Shown: positions 18,401 through 26,503, numbered from the stretch's first letter. The stretch is 39,181 nt of DNA from Elusimicrobiota bacterium (GCA_046153645.1 JBJXGI010000095.1:1-39181); one strand, 5' to 3'. Notes: generated by a model not told the origin, from the sequence alone. Numbers and translations: made by a program.

Positions 18401-19378
18401 AAGGCCACCAAAGGCGCTCAATAGTTTTGAATCTGTTTCAATCACGATTGAATTGGCGATTGTTTCGCTGAGAAGCCCTAATTCTTGATTGAGATTAGAG
18501 TTATTAATTGTAAGGGCGGCCGTAATATTGGCTGCACCAAATGAACTGGTCAAAGAGCCTGAATTGGTGTTTGCTGTAAAAGTTGAAGCCATAACTCTTG
18601 TACTGGGGTTAACAGTCCCAACTGCACCTGGGACAGAAAAATCGCTATATAAATAAATAGGATCATTGGGCAGACCAGCGGCTCGACCTTCAACAGTAAA
18701 CTGTCTTTTTTTCCCAGGATTTACGGTTGTGGCTGAAGGGAAAATGACAAGAGAGTTAATTGGTTTAGTCCAACGCATATGATCAATTAAAAAAGTTGTA
18801 GGGGTCACGGCACCACCATTTGTTCGCGAAAAAACATAAGGACTTCGAATTTGAGTTAGATTAACTCCGCCGGCATTGTTGAAGTTTGCCAAAGGAATAT
18901 TAATTTCTTGCCATAACCCATTGGTGGTAGGAATATCGACAAAGTTAGTGACAATAGGTGCTCCGTGTTCAATTCCTAAACGAAGTGATTCAGTTGATTT
19001 GAGCCAAAACCGAACAGTCCCTCCTGAGTAATCTGAAAAATCCCTGAGCTGAACAAGAAAATTACCATATCCCGTAGAATTCATATAAAAAATACCACCC
19101 CAAGAATTTACAGTAATACTGGTAACCGTAACACCTTCTGGTGCTGGGGCATCTATTCCGGTTACTACTTTCACATAATCCAGTTGAATTCCACTACCCG
19201 AAAACGTCCCTTCTGAAAAAGGGAGAACACTATAAAGCCCAATATCACCTATATATTCCTTCATGGCTTCGGCGTAAATTGAAGAGCGCATGAACAATGA
19301 AAACAAAAAAAGAAAAAAGAATATTGTCATCCTCAAATATCTCTGTCTGAAATCTAAATTATTTTTGTTTTGGTTCAT
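15422..19378 (-). CDS. Large secreted modular protein: 3 CBM-like beta-sandwiches, Ig-like domains, putative (alpha/alpha)6 glycosidase domain, C-terminal pilin-like domain
   Basis: Signal peptide; three repeats with (V/L)xFW(L/V)K...WxxxxIxx...FxIDxx(R/K)(W/F); helical domain with TYDEAL, TEHQLD, LDCYSW, WLEGTAQMA; last ~200 aa homologous to 21585-22361. Confidence 0.8.
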   Translation of the reverse strand: MNQNKNNLDFRQRYLRMTIFFFLFLFSLFMRSSIYAEAMKEYIGDIGLYSVLPFSEGTFSGSGIQLDYVKVVTGIDAPAPEGVTVTSITVNSWGGIFYMNSTGYGNFLVQLRDFSDYSGGTVRFWLKSTESLRLGIEHGAPIVTNFVDIPTTNGLWQEINIPLANFNNAGGVNLTQIRSPYVFSRTNGGAVTPTTFLIDHMRWTKPINSLVIFPSATTVNPGKKRQFTVEGRAAGLPNDPIYLYSDFSVPGAVGTVNPSTRVMASTFTANTNSGSLTSSFGAANITAALTINNSNLNQELGLLSETIANSIVIETDSKLLSAFGGLGVSAPTLLDESSTDVREGVKRFKTTINSDNTSTAASFSGWFIQWSTSASDAITRDMNRYYDGSLRFWLKAPAALNNKLIVGVRSGNTPAGAELSKVNLSNYVTFDDTWRSVVVPIKDLAGPRPWADISRTKLLFSIFAIGNISSAQTFYIDNLRWDTAQPGPLTHFIINPSSITVPFGSLRSFYAVGKDANGVTVDAFPTWSVTGGIGSVNPTQGLSTLLTSVNVPASGSVRATQGAIISSAPVTVATITWTQSLNVYSDLGSGGYVGVAQGSNPGTVMGLNEQNDPGSPEGVTYRRATFNLVNNSGLQDAFAVWFTNVDGASGTRFMRFYESGYLTFWVKTSYDLQVAIRSGNIAPGAERSKIRLSEIGIPLNNTWQRVFIALSEFKAKEPLLDFDQIQTYFAVGALSSQIGPVVGGEFGIDDVKFLTSDGGFPDPEKVYVGLKELQEPTGLVRSFKNLPRAVTYDEALAGMAMTYKRDTLLAKKIFDVYKGIHDSGVIGFHNEYTVSSTASSFGIINGERSVGPNAWMLLALLHYRNVTNQSTYDTVIDSLASFIAGLRDTDGSVFFGRTSGGVLMTNKATEHQLDVYATFKAYAKFRNNNTYNIYADQIKTWLETQMYIPAENRFRVGKYSSGANNNDRGLDCYSWAPLTLSSYTVVLSQAETDFLNTKPADLTGVPVTGFDFSGPYVNPPGTPAPVDKDAVWLEGTAQMAVAFYATDNKAKGDQYLNEILKAVINTSPNGQGLAYATNVGTAYGFMMDPSNQAASSAAWLMFAYWKFNPFNVYPITRTKLLNVNNLVETSTITWSVASLPTSWVRAQQMLVLDVQPITDDPSWGIQIYTDNTNPSFSPRYVDPTPGNTSNLDSDPSGLIRDQAGQPTTSNKLNVAWSIKDSTSAIPSANSPYDNTPNSFQWLIMKDRQTPNIPDFGITAFQDGSNDVVLRKALGSHTSQGNGFSGTLTPDYVYFEADFSMAFPQTLYRSNFILEFFIQ

Positions 19379-19381
19379 AAA

Positions 19382-20677
19382 TTATTTGGCCACCGCGATA
19401 AGGCCACTGGTTTTTTGGCCATCGACTGTATATTGATAAATATAAACACCACTTTCGACAATTTTCCCATTTTCGTCGCGACCGTCCCACTGTAAATCGG
19501 TGTTACTCATGACGGTTTTAATTCTATGACCCGTCATATCAAAAATATCGATTTTGACATTTGAAGTAATATCGCCCAAAACAAAATTCGCTGAATCATT
19601 GGTTCCGTCTCCATTAGGAGTAATGATTTTTTCCATAGGACGACGGCCTTCCGGGGTCAGTGCGCCTGCGGGTAAAAGTGCCACAAAATTAAGTTTTGCC
19701 AAACGAACTGAAATTGTATTGGTTTGACGGTTAATTGACCCTCCAATAATTCTCCATTGAAACCCATCCCACCAAGCCAAAGTTGTTTTTTCGACAGGAA
19801 TATTTGTTCCATCAATTAAGCCGTCTTGACCATTGGGAAAAGTAAAATCAGGATAACCAATGGCCAGTTGAGTCAACCCATCAAACAAAGGCTGAGCCTC
19901 TAACTTATAAACACGAAGAGCATTTTCAACACCTGGTGGAATAAGAGGGCTATTTAATGGAATTTCATCAATTGTAATTGTAGTGGGCCCATGAAGAATA
20001 CCAGCAGGAATATCTAAAGTCGTATTTCCAACAATCGGGTTTCCATCAACTAAATCAAAACGCCCACCTTCAATTCCAAATACTTGAGCCGCATTGGCTT
20101 GAACTCCCAAAGAAATAAAAGGATCGGGGTCAGCACCGCTCGTTTTTGGAAAAGTAATTTGAGATAAAACTTCCAACGTTCCATTAACATACCGAATTCG
20201 CTCGGCCACAATACGATACTGAAAAGTCCCTGTAACCACTTTATCAGAAGGAATTTGAAAGGCAAAAGCAATGGGATCACTTCCTTCAACTGGAGCTAAC
20301 TCTTCCAAAGAAGGTAAAGGCTGTCCTGGAACTCCGGATGGCGGTGGAATAAACCGGTATTGAATTCTTATTCGGACTTCACGAGAAGCTTCTGGACCAA
20401 AATCACTTCCTGGTTTGGTTCGAGATATAAATGGAATAAGACCAGGGGGAACCTCTTGCCCTGCTTCACCGACAATAATAATTTCTTTCGTTATTTCTGA
20501 AGTTCTAGTGAGTGGTGTATGTTGAATTTTTAAATCTTGCGCTTGAACAACTCCCCCTGTTACAACCGCAGCGCCCACAGTTTTAACACTCACTGATTGG
20601 AACGCAAAACCACTTTCGCTCATTCCAATAAGGAATGCAGCCAGTAAAAGAAAGTGATTTTTAATTTTCATCTTCAT
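19382..20677 (-). CDS. Secreted protein with pilin-type N-terminal strand, ZU5-like middle region and T9SS type-B-like (CHU_C/gliding-motility) C-terminal domain
   Basis: Mature N-terminus FQSVSVKTVGAAVVTGG; EGG...LDIPAGIL; ITPNGDGTND...IFDMTG...WDGRDENGKIVESGVYIY. Confidence 0.8.
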   Translation of the reverse strand: MKMKIKNHFLLLAAFLIGMSESGFAFQSVSVKTVGAAVVTGGVVQAQDLKIQHTPLTRTSEITKEIIIVGEAGQEVPPGLIPFISRTKPGSDFGPEASREVRIRIQYRFIPPPSGVPGQPLPSLEELAPVEGSDPIAFAFQIPSDKVVTGTFQYRIVAERIRYVNGTLEVLSQITFPKTSGADPDPFISLGVQANAAQVFGIEGGRFDLVDGNPIVGNTTLDIPAGILHGPTTITIDEIPLNSPLIPPGVENALRVYKLEAQPLFDGLTQLAIGYPDFTFPNGQDGLIDGTNIPVEKTTLAWWDGFQWRIIGGSINRQTNTISVRLAKLNFVALLPAGALTPEGRRPMEKIITPNGDGTNDSANFVLGDITSNVKIDIFDMTGHRIKTVMSNTDLQWDGRDENGKIVESGVYIYQYTVDGQKTSGLIAVAK

Positions 20678-20686
20678 ATAACTAAT

Positions 20687-21493
20687 TTATTTCAGCTCTA
20701 CTTTGCCGGATTCTGTTAATGTGAAATTTCGCTCACTTTTTTCAATCAAAAACTCTCGCTCAGAATCTAAAATATTGATATTGGCCTTATATTTTCCTGG
20801 AAGTAGCTTAATATCACGAACCGCAGATGAATATTCCCTCAATTTTCCAGGATAGGTAGGTTGCCCTTTAGGAAAAGAGAAATTAACCATCAACTCATCT
20901 TCCGAATTGTAGATTTCAATAAGTCCTTCTGGCCTTAAATGAACATTCCCCTTATTTCGAATAAGCAGTCCACAATTAAATGTATTTGAAGAAACTTTAA
21001 GCCCTAAAGCAGCAATGTCTCCATCTACTTTTTCTGTTCCAGAAACAGCAGCGTAAATAGCTGAACTCATGACAAATTCAATAGAGGAACGACTTGCGCT
21101 CTTGGTGCGAAAAGAAAGCATTCCCACAAGTTCACCCTTGGCGGTTTTGGGAATATTAACGGTAAATTTAACGGTTTTTGACTCATCTGGTTTCAATACA
21201 AAAGGAATTGAGTCAATGTTTAACCAATCAGCAACTTTTATTTTTTTATTTTCATTTAGAATAAACCAATTTTTCGTTGTGGGAATGACATCAATGGTTT
21301 CTGGATCTGTGTTGAGAATTGTAACTTGGCCAGACACTTTTTCGCCTGGGAGCATTTTAAATTTTTGAATATTGGGAGTAATCGAAAGCGCATGAATGCT
21401 AGAAAAATAACTGGTGAGAATAAGCCCCACAAACATAAAAATTCTTTTTACTCCATCTTTGGGACTTTGAAGGAGAGCGAATTTTTTGCTCAT
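20687..21493 (-). CDS. Putative periplasmic pilus-assembly chaperone (PapD/EcpB/DUF916-like two-Ig-domain protein)
   Basis: Signal peptide ending SIHA, then LSITP...LPGEKVSGQVTILN, W...FVLKPDESKTVKFTVNIP, and IRNKGNVHLRP. Start moved downstream of the hairpin. Confidence 0.65.
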   Translation of the reverse strand: MSKKFALLQSPKDGVKRIFMFVGLILTSYFSSIHALSITPNIQKFKMLPGEKVSGQVTILNTDPETIDVIPTTKNWFILNENKKIKVADWLNIDSIPFVLKPDESKTVKFTVNIPKTAKGELVGMLSFRTKSASRSSIEFVMSSAIYAAVSGTEKVDGDIAALGLKVSSNTFNCGLLIRNKGNVHLRPEGLIEIYNSEDELMVNFSFPKGQPTYPGKLREYSSAVRDIKLLPGKYKANINILDSEREFLIEKSERNFTLTESGKVELK

Positions 21494-21540
21494 TATTTGG
21501 GACCCCGTTATTATATTCATATTATTTTTAAGATAAGACC

Positions 21541-21566
21541 AGCGGAGCCGCTGTTGCGGCTCCGCT
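21541..21566 (-). terminator. GC-rich 11-bp hairpin just after the putative major pilin gene (leaky terminator or mRNA stabiliser)
   Basis: agcggagccgc-tgtt-gcggctccgct; only a weak U-tract follows on the minus strand. Confidence 0.7.
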
Positions 21567-21584
21567 AGCAAATCTTTTTAACTC

Positions 21585-22361
21585 TTACTGAATATAAGCT
21601 TCAACTCTCAAGTTGGAGCGGTAAGTCTCCTGAACTTGCGCAGTGATGAAATTGCCTTGTAAGTAAACAAAGCTATTGGCACCATTGGGATGAGCTCCGA
21701 AGTCAGCTGGCGCTTGACCGAAGTGAATTTCGGCTCCACCAGCAGCTGTGTTGGTACGAATCATTGTAATGAAGGCTTCACCATCAACAAAGGCCAATGA
21801 GTTCAAAGCAGGAATATTTTGATCATTATATCTGTCTTTGAAATACAACCATTGGAAACTGTTGGGATCGCCTGCATTGTTTGGTTCAGCAGATGTAGGC
21901 GCTGTGATGGAAGAAGCTTTGATTGTCCACGCCATAGGAAGCGGTGACGCACTTGTCACACCAGAAGCTCCTTTCACTAAACCAGCGGCCATAGAGTCAG
22001 GATTGGTTTTATCACCAGGAGTGGGGTCAACGAACCTTGTGGTGGCATCGGACGCGGTATTATCAGAATAAATCTGAACTCCGCTTCCTACTCCGAGTAC
22101 AGTGGCATTCAAGAGAAGACCTTGATCGGCTCTCTTCCAGCCAGTTGAGGGAGGGGTCACACCAGACCAGGTAACAGTCCCACGAGGGGTTGTCCAGTTA
22201 CTGATATCACGGATATTCACGGACACGTTCGAGGTATTGGATCCGCCAACTAAAACAGAGGCAGCAACCGTAGCTCGACTGACAGATTGGAACGCGTGTA
22301 CAGGCGTCCAAACTCCGAGAGTAGCCGCGAACAGACTAAGAACTACTATTCGCTTATTCAT
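21585..22361 (-). CDS. Secreted beta-rich protein, putative major pilin/fibre subunit
   Basis: Strong SD (aaaggag), 23-aa signal peptide, small-residue-rich and Cys-free; shares its N-terminal strand with 19382-20677 and its body with the C-terminus of 15422-19378. Confidence 0.7.
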   Translation of the reverse strand: MNKRIVVLSLFAATLGVWTPVHAFQSVSRATVAASVLVGGSNTSNVSVNIRDISNWTTPRGTVTWSGVTPPSTGWKRADQGLLLNATVLGVGSGVQIYSDNTASDATTRFVDPTPGDKTNPDSMAAGLVKGASGVTSASPLPMAWTIKASSITAPTSAEPNNAGDPNSFQWLYFKDRYNDQNIPALNSLAFVDGEAFITMIRTNTAAGGAEIHFGQAPADFGAHPNGANSFVYLQGNFITAQVQETYRSNLRVEAYIQ

Positions 22362-22391
22362 TTTCTTTTCTCCTTTACTTCTTATTTTTGG

Positions 22392-22407
22392 ATCCTAAAT
22401 TTAGGAT
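22392..22407. other. Perfect 16-bp palindrome upstream of the putative pilin RBS
   Basis: atcctaaatttaggat. Confidence 0.4.
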
Positions 22408-22418
22408 TCCCCTAACTT

Positions 22419-23420
22419 CTAAAAAGCTGTTGTAATGGAAACTCTATGACTGCCATTACTACCATCAACATTTAACGGCCATAAAATGGCGTAATCAAAT
22501 TTGAGTGACATTTTATTTTTGGCGATAGGAATGACATATCCCATACCACCGCCCAGTTGATCTTTGTTACCACCAAAACGGAGGGCGAGGATATCTTTGA
22601 CCATCCACGCTTCCCAACCGGCTGAAACCACGGTTTGACCTTTACGCCTAGAAATATCAAGCATGGGATTTAATAAAGGAAGAGCTGGATCATGATAAGA
22701 AACTCCAATGGCATATCGAGCAGGGACCCGGTCCGTTGTTTGTAACCCCATATCGGGTTCATTTATATTCTTACCAGCAAAACCAAATTTTAGGCCAGGA
22801 AGATTTTCAAAATGAGGATGAATCATAAGCCCTAGATCAATAGCAAAAGCACCAGAATCACGCCCTCCTCTAAAAACAGGGTCCACATCAGACCGTTGAT
22901 TGGTAGCAAAAGAGCGTTTTAGATATTTTAAATTTGCTCCATAAGATAAGACTGGTTTACTTGGAAGACTTTCAAATTGATAGGAATCGGCTGCAGTTAA
23001 AGAAAAGGCATCTTCTCTATAAAGAGTTGAGGCTGAAAAATTGGTCCAACTAAAAGCATAACTTCCAAATTTTTTATTTTTAATATTAGGAGCATAACTG
23101 AAATAACCCAATCCCAATCGAGAGGTATCTTCCCCTGAATATAGATTGAGCCCAGTAAATAATTGGGCATACATAAAGGTAAGTTCTGTTTGTGAAAGAA
23201 GAGCGATTCCTGAAGGGTTATAAACGGGTGCATTTGAATCTTCCGCGTAAGCTGTATAAGCGCCACCAAGCGCGGCCGGGCGAGCGCCCCATAAAAGTTC
23301 TTGAAAAGCACTATAAGAGGGAGAAACCAAAGAAAAGAGGGTGCAGAGGAGCAAACCGGTTTTTCGTAAAAAACCAAAAGACAAAACCCTCTTCATTGAT
23401 GGGCCAAACACTTTAAACAT
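22419..23420 (-). CDS. PorV/PorP(SprF)-like outer-membrane beta-barrel
   Basis: GARPAALGGAYTA...YNPSGIA N-terminal motif, KNINEP, DYA...SHRVSITTAF with terminal Phe; SD ggag before 23420. Confidence 0.8.
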   Translation of the reverse strand: MFKVFGPSMKRVLSFGFLRKTGLLLCTLFSLVSPSYSAFQELLWGARPAALGGAYTAYAEDSNAPVYNPSGIALLSQTELTFMYAQLFTGLNLYSGEDTSRLGLGYFSYAPNIKNKKFGSYAFSWTNFSASTLYREDAFSLTAADSYQFESLPSKPVLSYGANLKYLKRSFATNQRSDVDPVFRGGRDSGAFAIDLGLMIHPHFENLPGLKFGFAGKNINEPDMGLQTTDRVPARYAIGVSYHDPALPLLNPMLDISRRKGQTVVSAGWEAWMVKDILALRFGGNKDQLGGGMGYVIPIAKNKMSLKFDYAILWPLNVDGSNGSHRVSITTAF

Positions 23421-23461
23421 GTTTTCTCCGATATCAATAATCCGTTCTGATACTTAAGATC

Positions 23462-23495
23462 ATTGTACGAAACCTGGTCTTAAGATGTCCTTAAG
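23462..23495 (-). promoter_or_regulatory. Putative promoter: CTTAAG-N5-CTTAAG direct repeat (PmrA/QseB-type OmpR-family box) and TACAAT -10
   Basis: cttaag-atgtc-cttaag at 23479-23495; TACAAT on the minus strand at 23467-23462; extra TTAAGA copies at 23454 and 23520. Confidence 0.5.
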
Positions 23496-23646
23496 AAGCA
23501 GTAAATAAATAGTAAATTTTTAAGACCGACCAGCACCTTGGTTAGGAAGGAAAAAGCGATCTTTGACTGGGGTTTCTATATCATTTCAAGGTAGGATGAT
23601 CAACAGAAAAAACAACGAATTTTCAGAGAGAAAAACGCTGCTACTT

Positions 23647-25176
23647 CTAAGCCGTTTTTTCAAACTGATGGGCAATGTTCCGGTAAAAACAAATACTGCC
23701 TTTTTGATTTTTTTTAGCCCAATAAAGCGCGCGGTCAGCCGCTTCAATTAAATCACGGCCCGTACGCGCGTCCGAGGTATACATAGAAATACCCAAGGTT
23801 ACGCTGACATGAATAGATTGCCCACTCGACGTAGGAAGGGCTGTTTTCTTGAGAGCCGAAGTTAATCGTTCTGCCATCAACCAAGCTTCCTGCTCTGTTA
23901 TTTCTGGCAAAAGCATGACGAATTCATCACCAGCGTATCGCGCTGCTAAGTCAATGCGCCTGGTATTAACTTTAATTGTTTGGGCCAGGAATTCGAGTAC
24001 TCGATCTCCTAATAAATGCCCATGGGTATCATTAATCTGTTTGAATGAATCAACATCCATCATGACCAAAGCCAAGTTATATGAATACCGATCGGCTCGA
24101 TCCATTTCCTCTTTTAAACGCTCTTGGAAATACCGGTAAACATAGAGTTTGGTTAATCCATCGGTAATCGCTTGACGCTCAATATCCTCAAATAAACGGG
24201 CGTTTAAAATTGCCATTCCAACTTGAACAGCTAACGAACGGAGTGATTCAATTTGATCATCATCTATCATTTGTTGGCTCAATAAATTATCAACAGCCAA
24301 ACATCCCACCACTTGACCATTAACAATTAATGGAATATAGGCAACCCTACCACCAACCACATGAGCATTAAACCCACTCGCATTCGATAAAATAGCATCA
24401 ACAAGAGAATTAATTCCTGATCTTAAAACATATGTCTCTTGTTCTAAATCAAGAAATCGGTCTGGAATTTGCATCCCCGCATAGCCCTTCACTTCAGATC
24501 GCTCAGAATCAACCAGATAAAACCTGACTCGGTCAAAATTCAGGCGCCTGACAATACTTTCTGCCACAGACTCCAACATTTCTCTTAAACGAGGCCTCTC
24601 GAATACGGCAGAGGCGACTTCAGAGCCTGCTTTTAAAAATTGGGCCCTTTTTTTATTTTTATCTTCTTTATGTAATTGAATTAATTTTGTTGAAATAATT
24701 TCACCTATATCTTCTAACAAGGGAAAATCTCTTGCTCCATTTCTACGTTTTCCATAAAAAGAAGGAAGATGCCCCAAAATTTTTCCACTGGCCAAAGCAT
24801 GAGGTCGTTCTATTTGAAGAGCTCCAATTAATTCTGCCCCAGACTGGAGCGGAATAAAGGCCACCCAAGGTCTTTTACTAGAAATAACAACTGGCTTTCT
24901 CTCAAAAACCAACGGTGCCAATAAACTGTTTTGACCAATAATAATTTCTTCTTCACCCTCATAAAGTGCTCCTTCATGAAGAATATATTGCATAACCATG
25001 GTCTTTTTCTGAGGAACCCACCAAAAAATAGAAACCGAAGACAAATTAAGGCGATCACTCAAATACCCCATCCCACCTTGAAACATTGACTCAATATTTT
25101 CCGATGATTGATTCAATTGGTTTTGAAAATTCCGAAGGAGTGACTCGAACATGGTTAAAGCTCTAAACTGACTCAT
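23647..25176 (-). CDS. GAF-domain diguanylate cyclase
   Basis: TDGLTKLY, DVDSFKQINDTHGHLLGD, RxxD I-site (RRID), RYAGDEF; GAF regions upstream; no obvious TM helices. Confidence 0.92.
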   Translation of the reverse strand: MSQFRALTMFESLLRNFQNQLNQSSENIESMFQGGMGYLSDRLNLSSVSIFWWVPQKKTMVMQYILHEGALYEGEEEIIIGQNSLLAPLVFERKPVVISSKRPWVAFIPLQSGAELIGALQIERPHALASGKILGHLPSFYGKRRNGARDFPLLEDIGEIISTKLIQLHKEDKNKKRAQFLKAGSEVASAVFERPRLREMLESVAESIVRRLNFDRVRFYLVDSERSEVKGYAGMQIPDRFLDLEQETYVLRSGINSLVDAILSNASGFNAHVVGGRVAYIPLIVNGQVVGCLAVDNLLSQQMIDDDQIESLRSLAVQVGMAILNARLFEDIERQAITDGLTKLYVYRYFQERLKEEMDRADRYSYNLALVMMDVDSFKQINDTHGHLLGDRVLEFLAQTIKVNTRRIDLAARYAGDEFVMLLPEITEQEAWLMAERLTSALKKTALPTSSGQSIHVSVTLGISMYTSDARTGRDLIEAADRALYWAKKNQKGSICFYRNIAHQFEKTA

Positions 25177-26450
25177 GCGGCAACTCCCGTGTTAACCTTG
25201 GGACGATAACGATGGATTGATAAAGTTGTTTTTATATCATGATTGGCCACTGCAATTTCTTGCTGAAGTAAAGGCAAAGAATACGCTTTATCTCGAATTG
25301 ACGACAAAACCCTTCCTCCCATTTTGGCCAATATCTGCTCAACGGAACCTAATTCGACGATTTTTGGTAATCGCCTCGCGCATGAAAAAGAATCCCAAAA
25401 AACATTTCTTGCCCAAGGGAAACGCTCAAATAATACATCCATGACAGATAAATGCGCAGGAAGAGCCCCAATATTTCGAGCATGCGATAACAAGCGTTCC
25501 GGTTCAGACATAAATTGAATAAATTGCCACGCCAAGTCTTTTTCTTTGGAATAGTTAAGAACCGATAAATTACTTCCACCTAAAAAAGTAAAACGCCCCT
25601 TTGGCCCAGAAGGGAGAGGAACAATTCCGACATTTTCAATGACTTCAGGTTGAGCATACTGATATTGGGGGTTAAAACATGTATCAACAGGCCAACTGCC
25701 AGACAACTGCATAGCGGCATGCCCTGTAAAAAAATTTCCTTCGGGCATAAAATTATTTGGAATAGGCATGAGTCCGTCATTAATTAAATCAAAATAATAA
25801 ACACAACCTTCAATAAGACGTGCGTGAGTTAAACTCGCTTCCTTCGTTTCTTCTGCTATAAATTCTCCCCCCGCACCCCAAACCCATGGGGCCAAGTCGT
25901 GCATTTGTACTGATATTTTTTGCCCGGGAAATCCAAGAGGCACTTTAATTTTCTCTGTTTCCCCTTTTTTAATATATGAATGAATTTCTTGGCATGCGGA
26001 TTTCAGACCCTTCCAATCCTCTAAAGAACTTACTTTAATTCCCATTTTTTCAAAAATATCCCGACGATAATACAGCACCCGAATATCAGTAAACCAAGGA
26101 ACTCCAAATAAATCATGGGAAAAAGAACCGTCTGATGAATCACCAATCCAACCTGCCGCTTGCGCGTGAGAATTCAAAATGTCAGAGGGAACTTTATCAA
26201 GAGCATTAAGATAACTAAGCGTTGTCGTCCAGGTTGTTCCCACTTGAATAACATCGGGAGAAGAAATAGAACGCCCTTTAACAACATCCATGAGCTGATT
26301 CCAGGCTAAAGACCAGGGATGAATAGAAAGCTGCACCTTCACTTCTGGATGAATCTGCTCAAACTCATTAATTAAATTTGAAACCGCTGCTCGGGTCGCA
26401 AACCCAGCATTTGGCATAACCCAAAAATGTAGTTCTTTTCTATAACTCAC
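25173..26450 (-). CDS. Sugar ABC-type solute-binding-fold protein lacking a signal peptide
   Basis: PDVIQVGTTW, GVPWFTDIRVLYYRRD, FLGGSNL; GTG start with SD ggag and an in-frame TAG 6 codons upstream. Confidence 0.85.
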   Translation of the reverse strand: MSYRKELHFWVMPNAGFATRAAVSNLINEFEQIHPEVKVQLSIHPWSLAWNQLMDVVKGRSISSPDVIQVGTTWTTTLSYLNALDKVPSDILNSHAQAAGWIGDSSDGSFSHDLFGVPWFTDIRVLYYRRDIFEKMGIKVSSLEDWKGLKSACQEIHSYIKKGETEKIKVPLGFPGQKISVQMHDLAPWVWGAGGEFIAEETKEASLTHARLIEGCVYYFDLINDGLMPIPNNFMPEGNFFTGHAAMQLSGSWPVDTCFNPQYQYAQPEVIENVGIVPLPSGPKGRFTFLGGSNLSVLNYSKEKDLAWQFIQFMSEPERLLSHARNIGALPAHLSVMDVLFERFPWARNVFWDSFSCARRLPKIVELGSVEQILAKMGGRVLSSIRDKAYSLPLLQQEIAVANHDIKTTLSIHRYRPKVNTGVAA

Positions 26451-26503
26451 TGAAGCTCCGTTGATCTATTCAACCGCTTTAATTAATAATAATCAGGAAA
26501 TTT

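Noticed and set aside
21494..21571. N-terminal extension MLAEPQQRLRWS... of the 294-aa ORF
   Set aside because: It runs through the GC hairpin; the ATG at 21493 gives a more plausible exported protein.
23421..23646. Searched for a c-di-GMP riboswitch between the cyclase and the putative pilus operon
   Set aside because: No GEMM-like motif visible on either strand.
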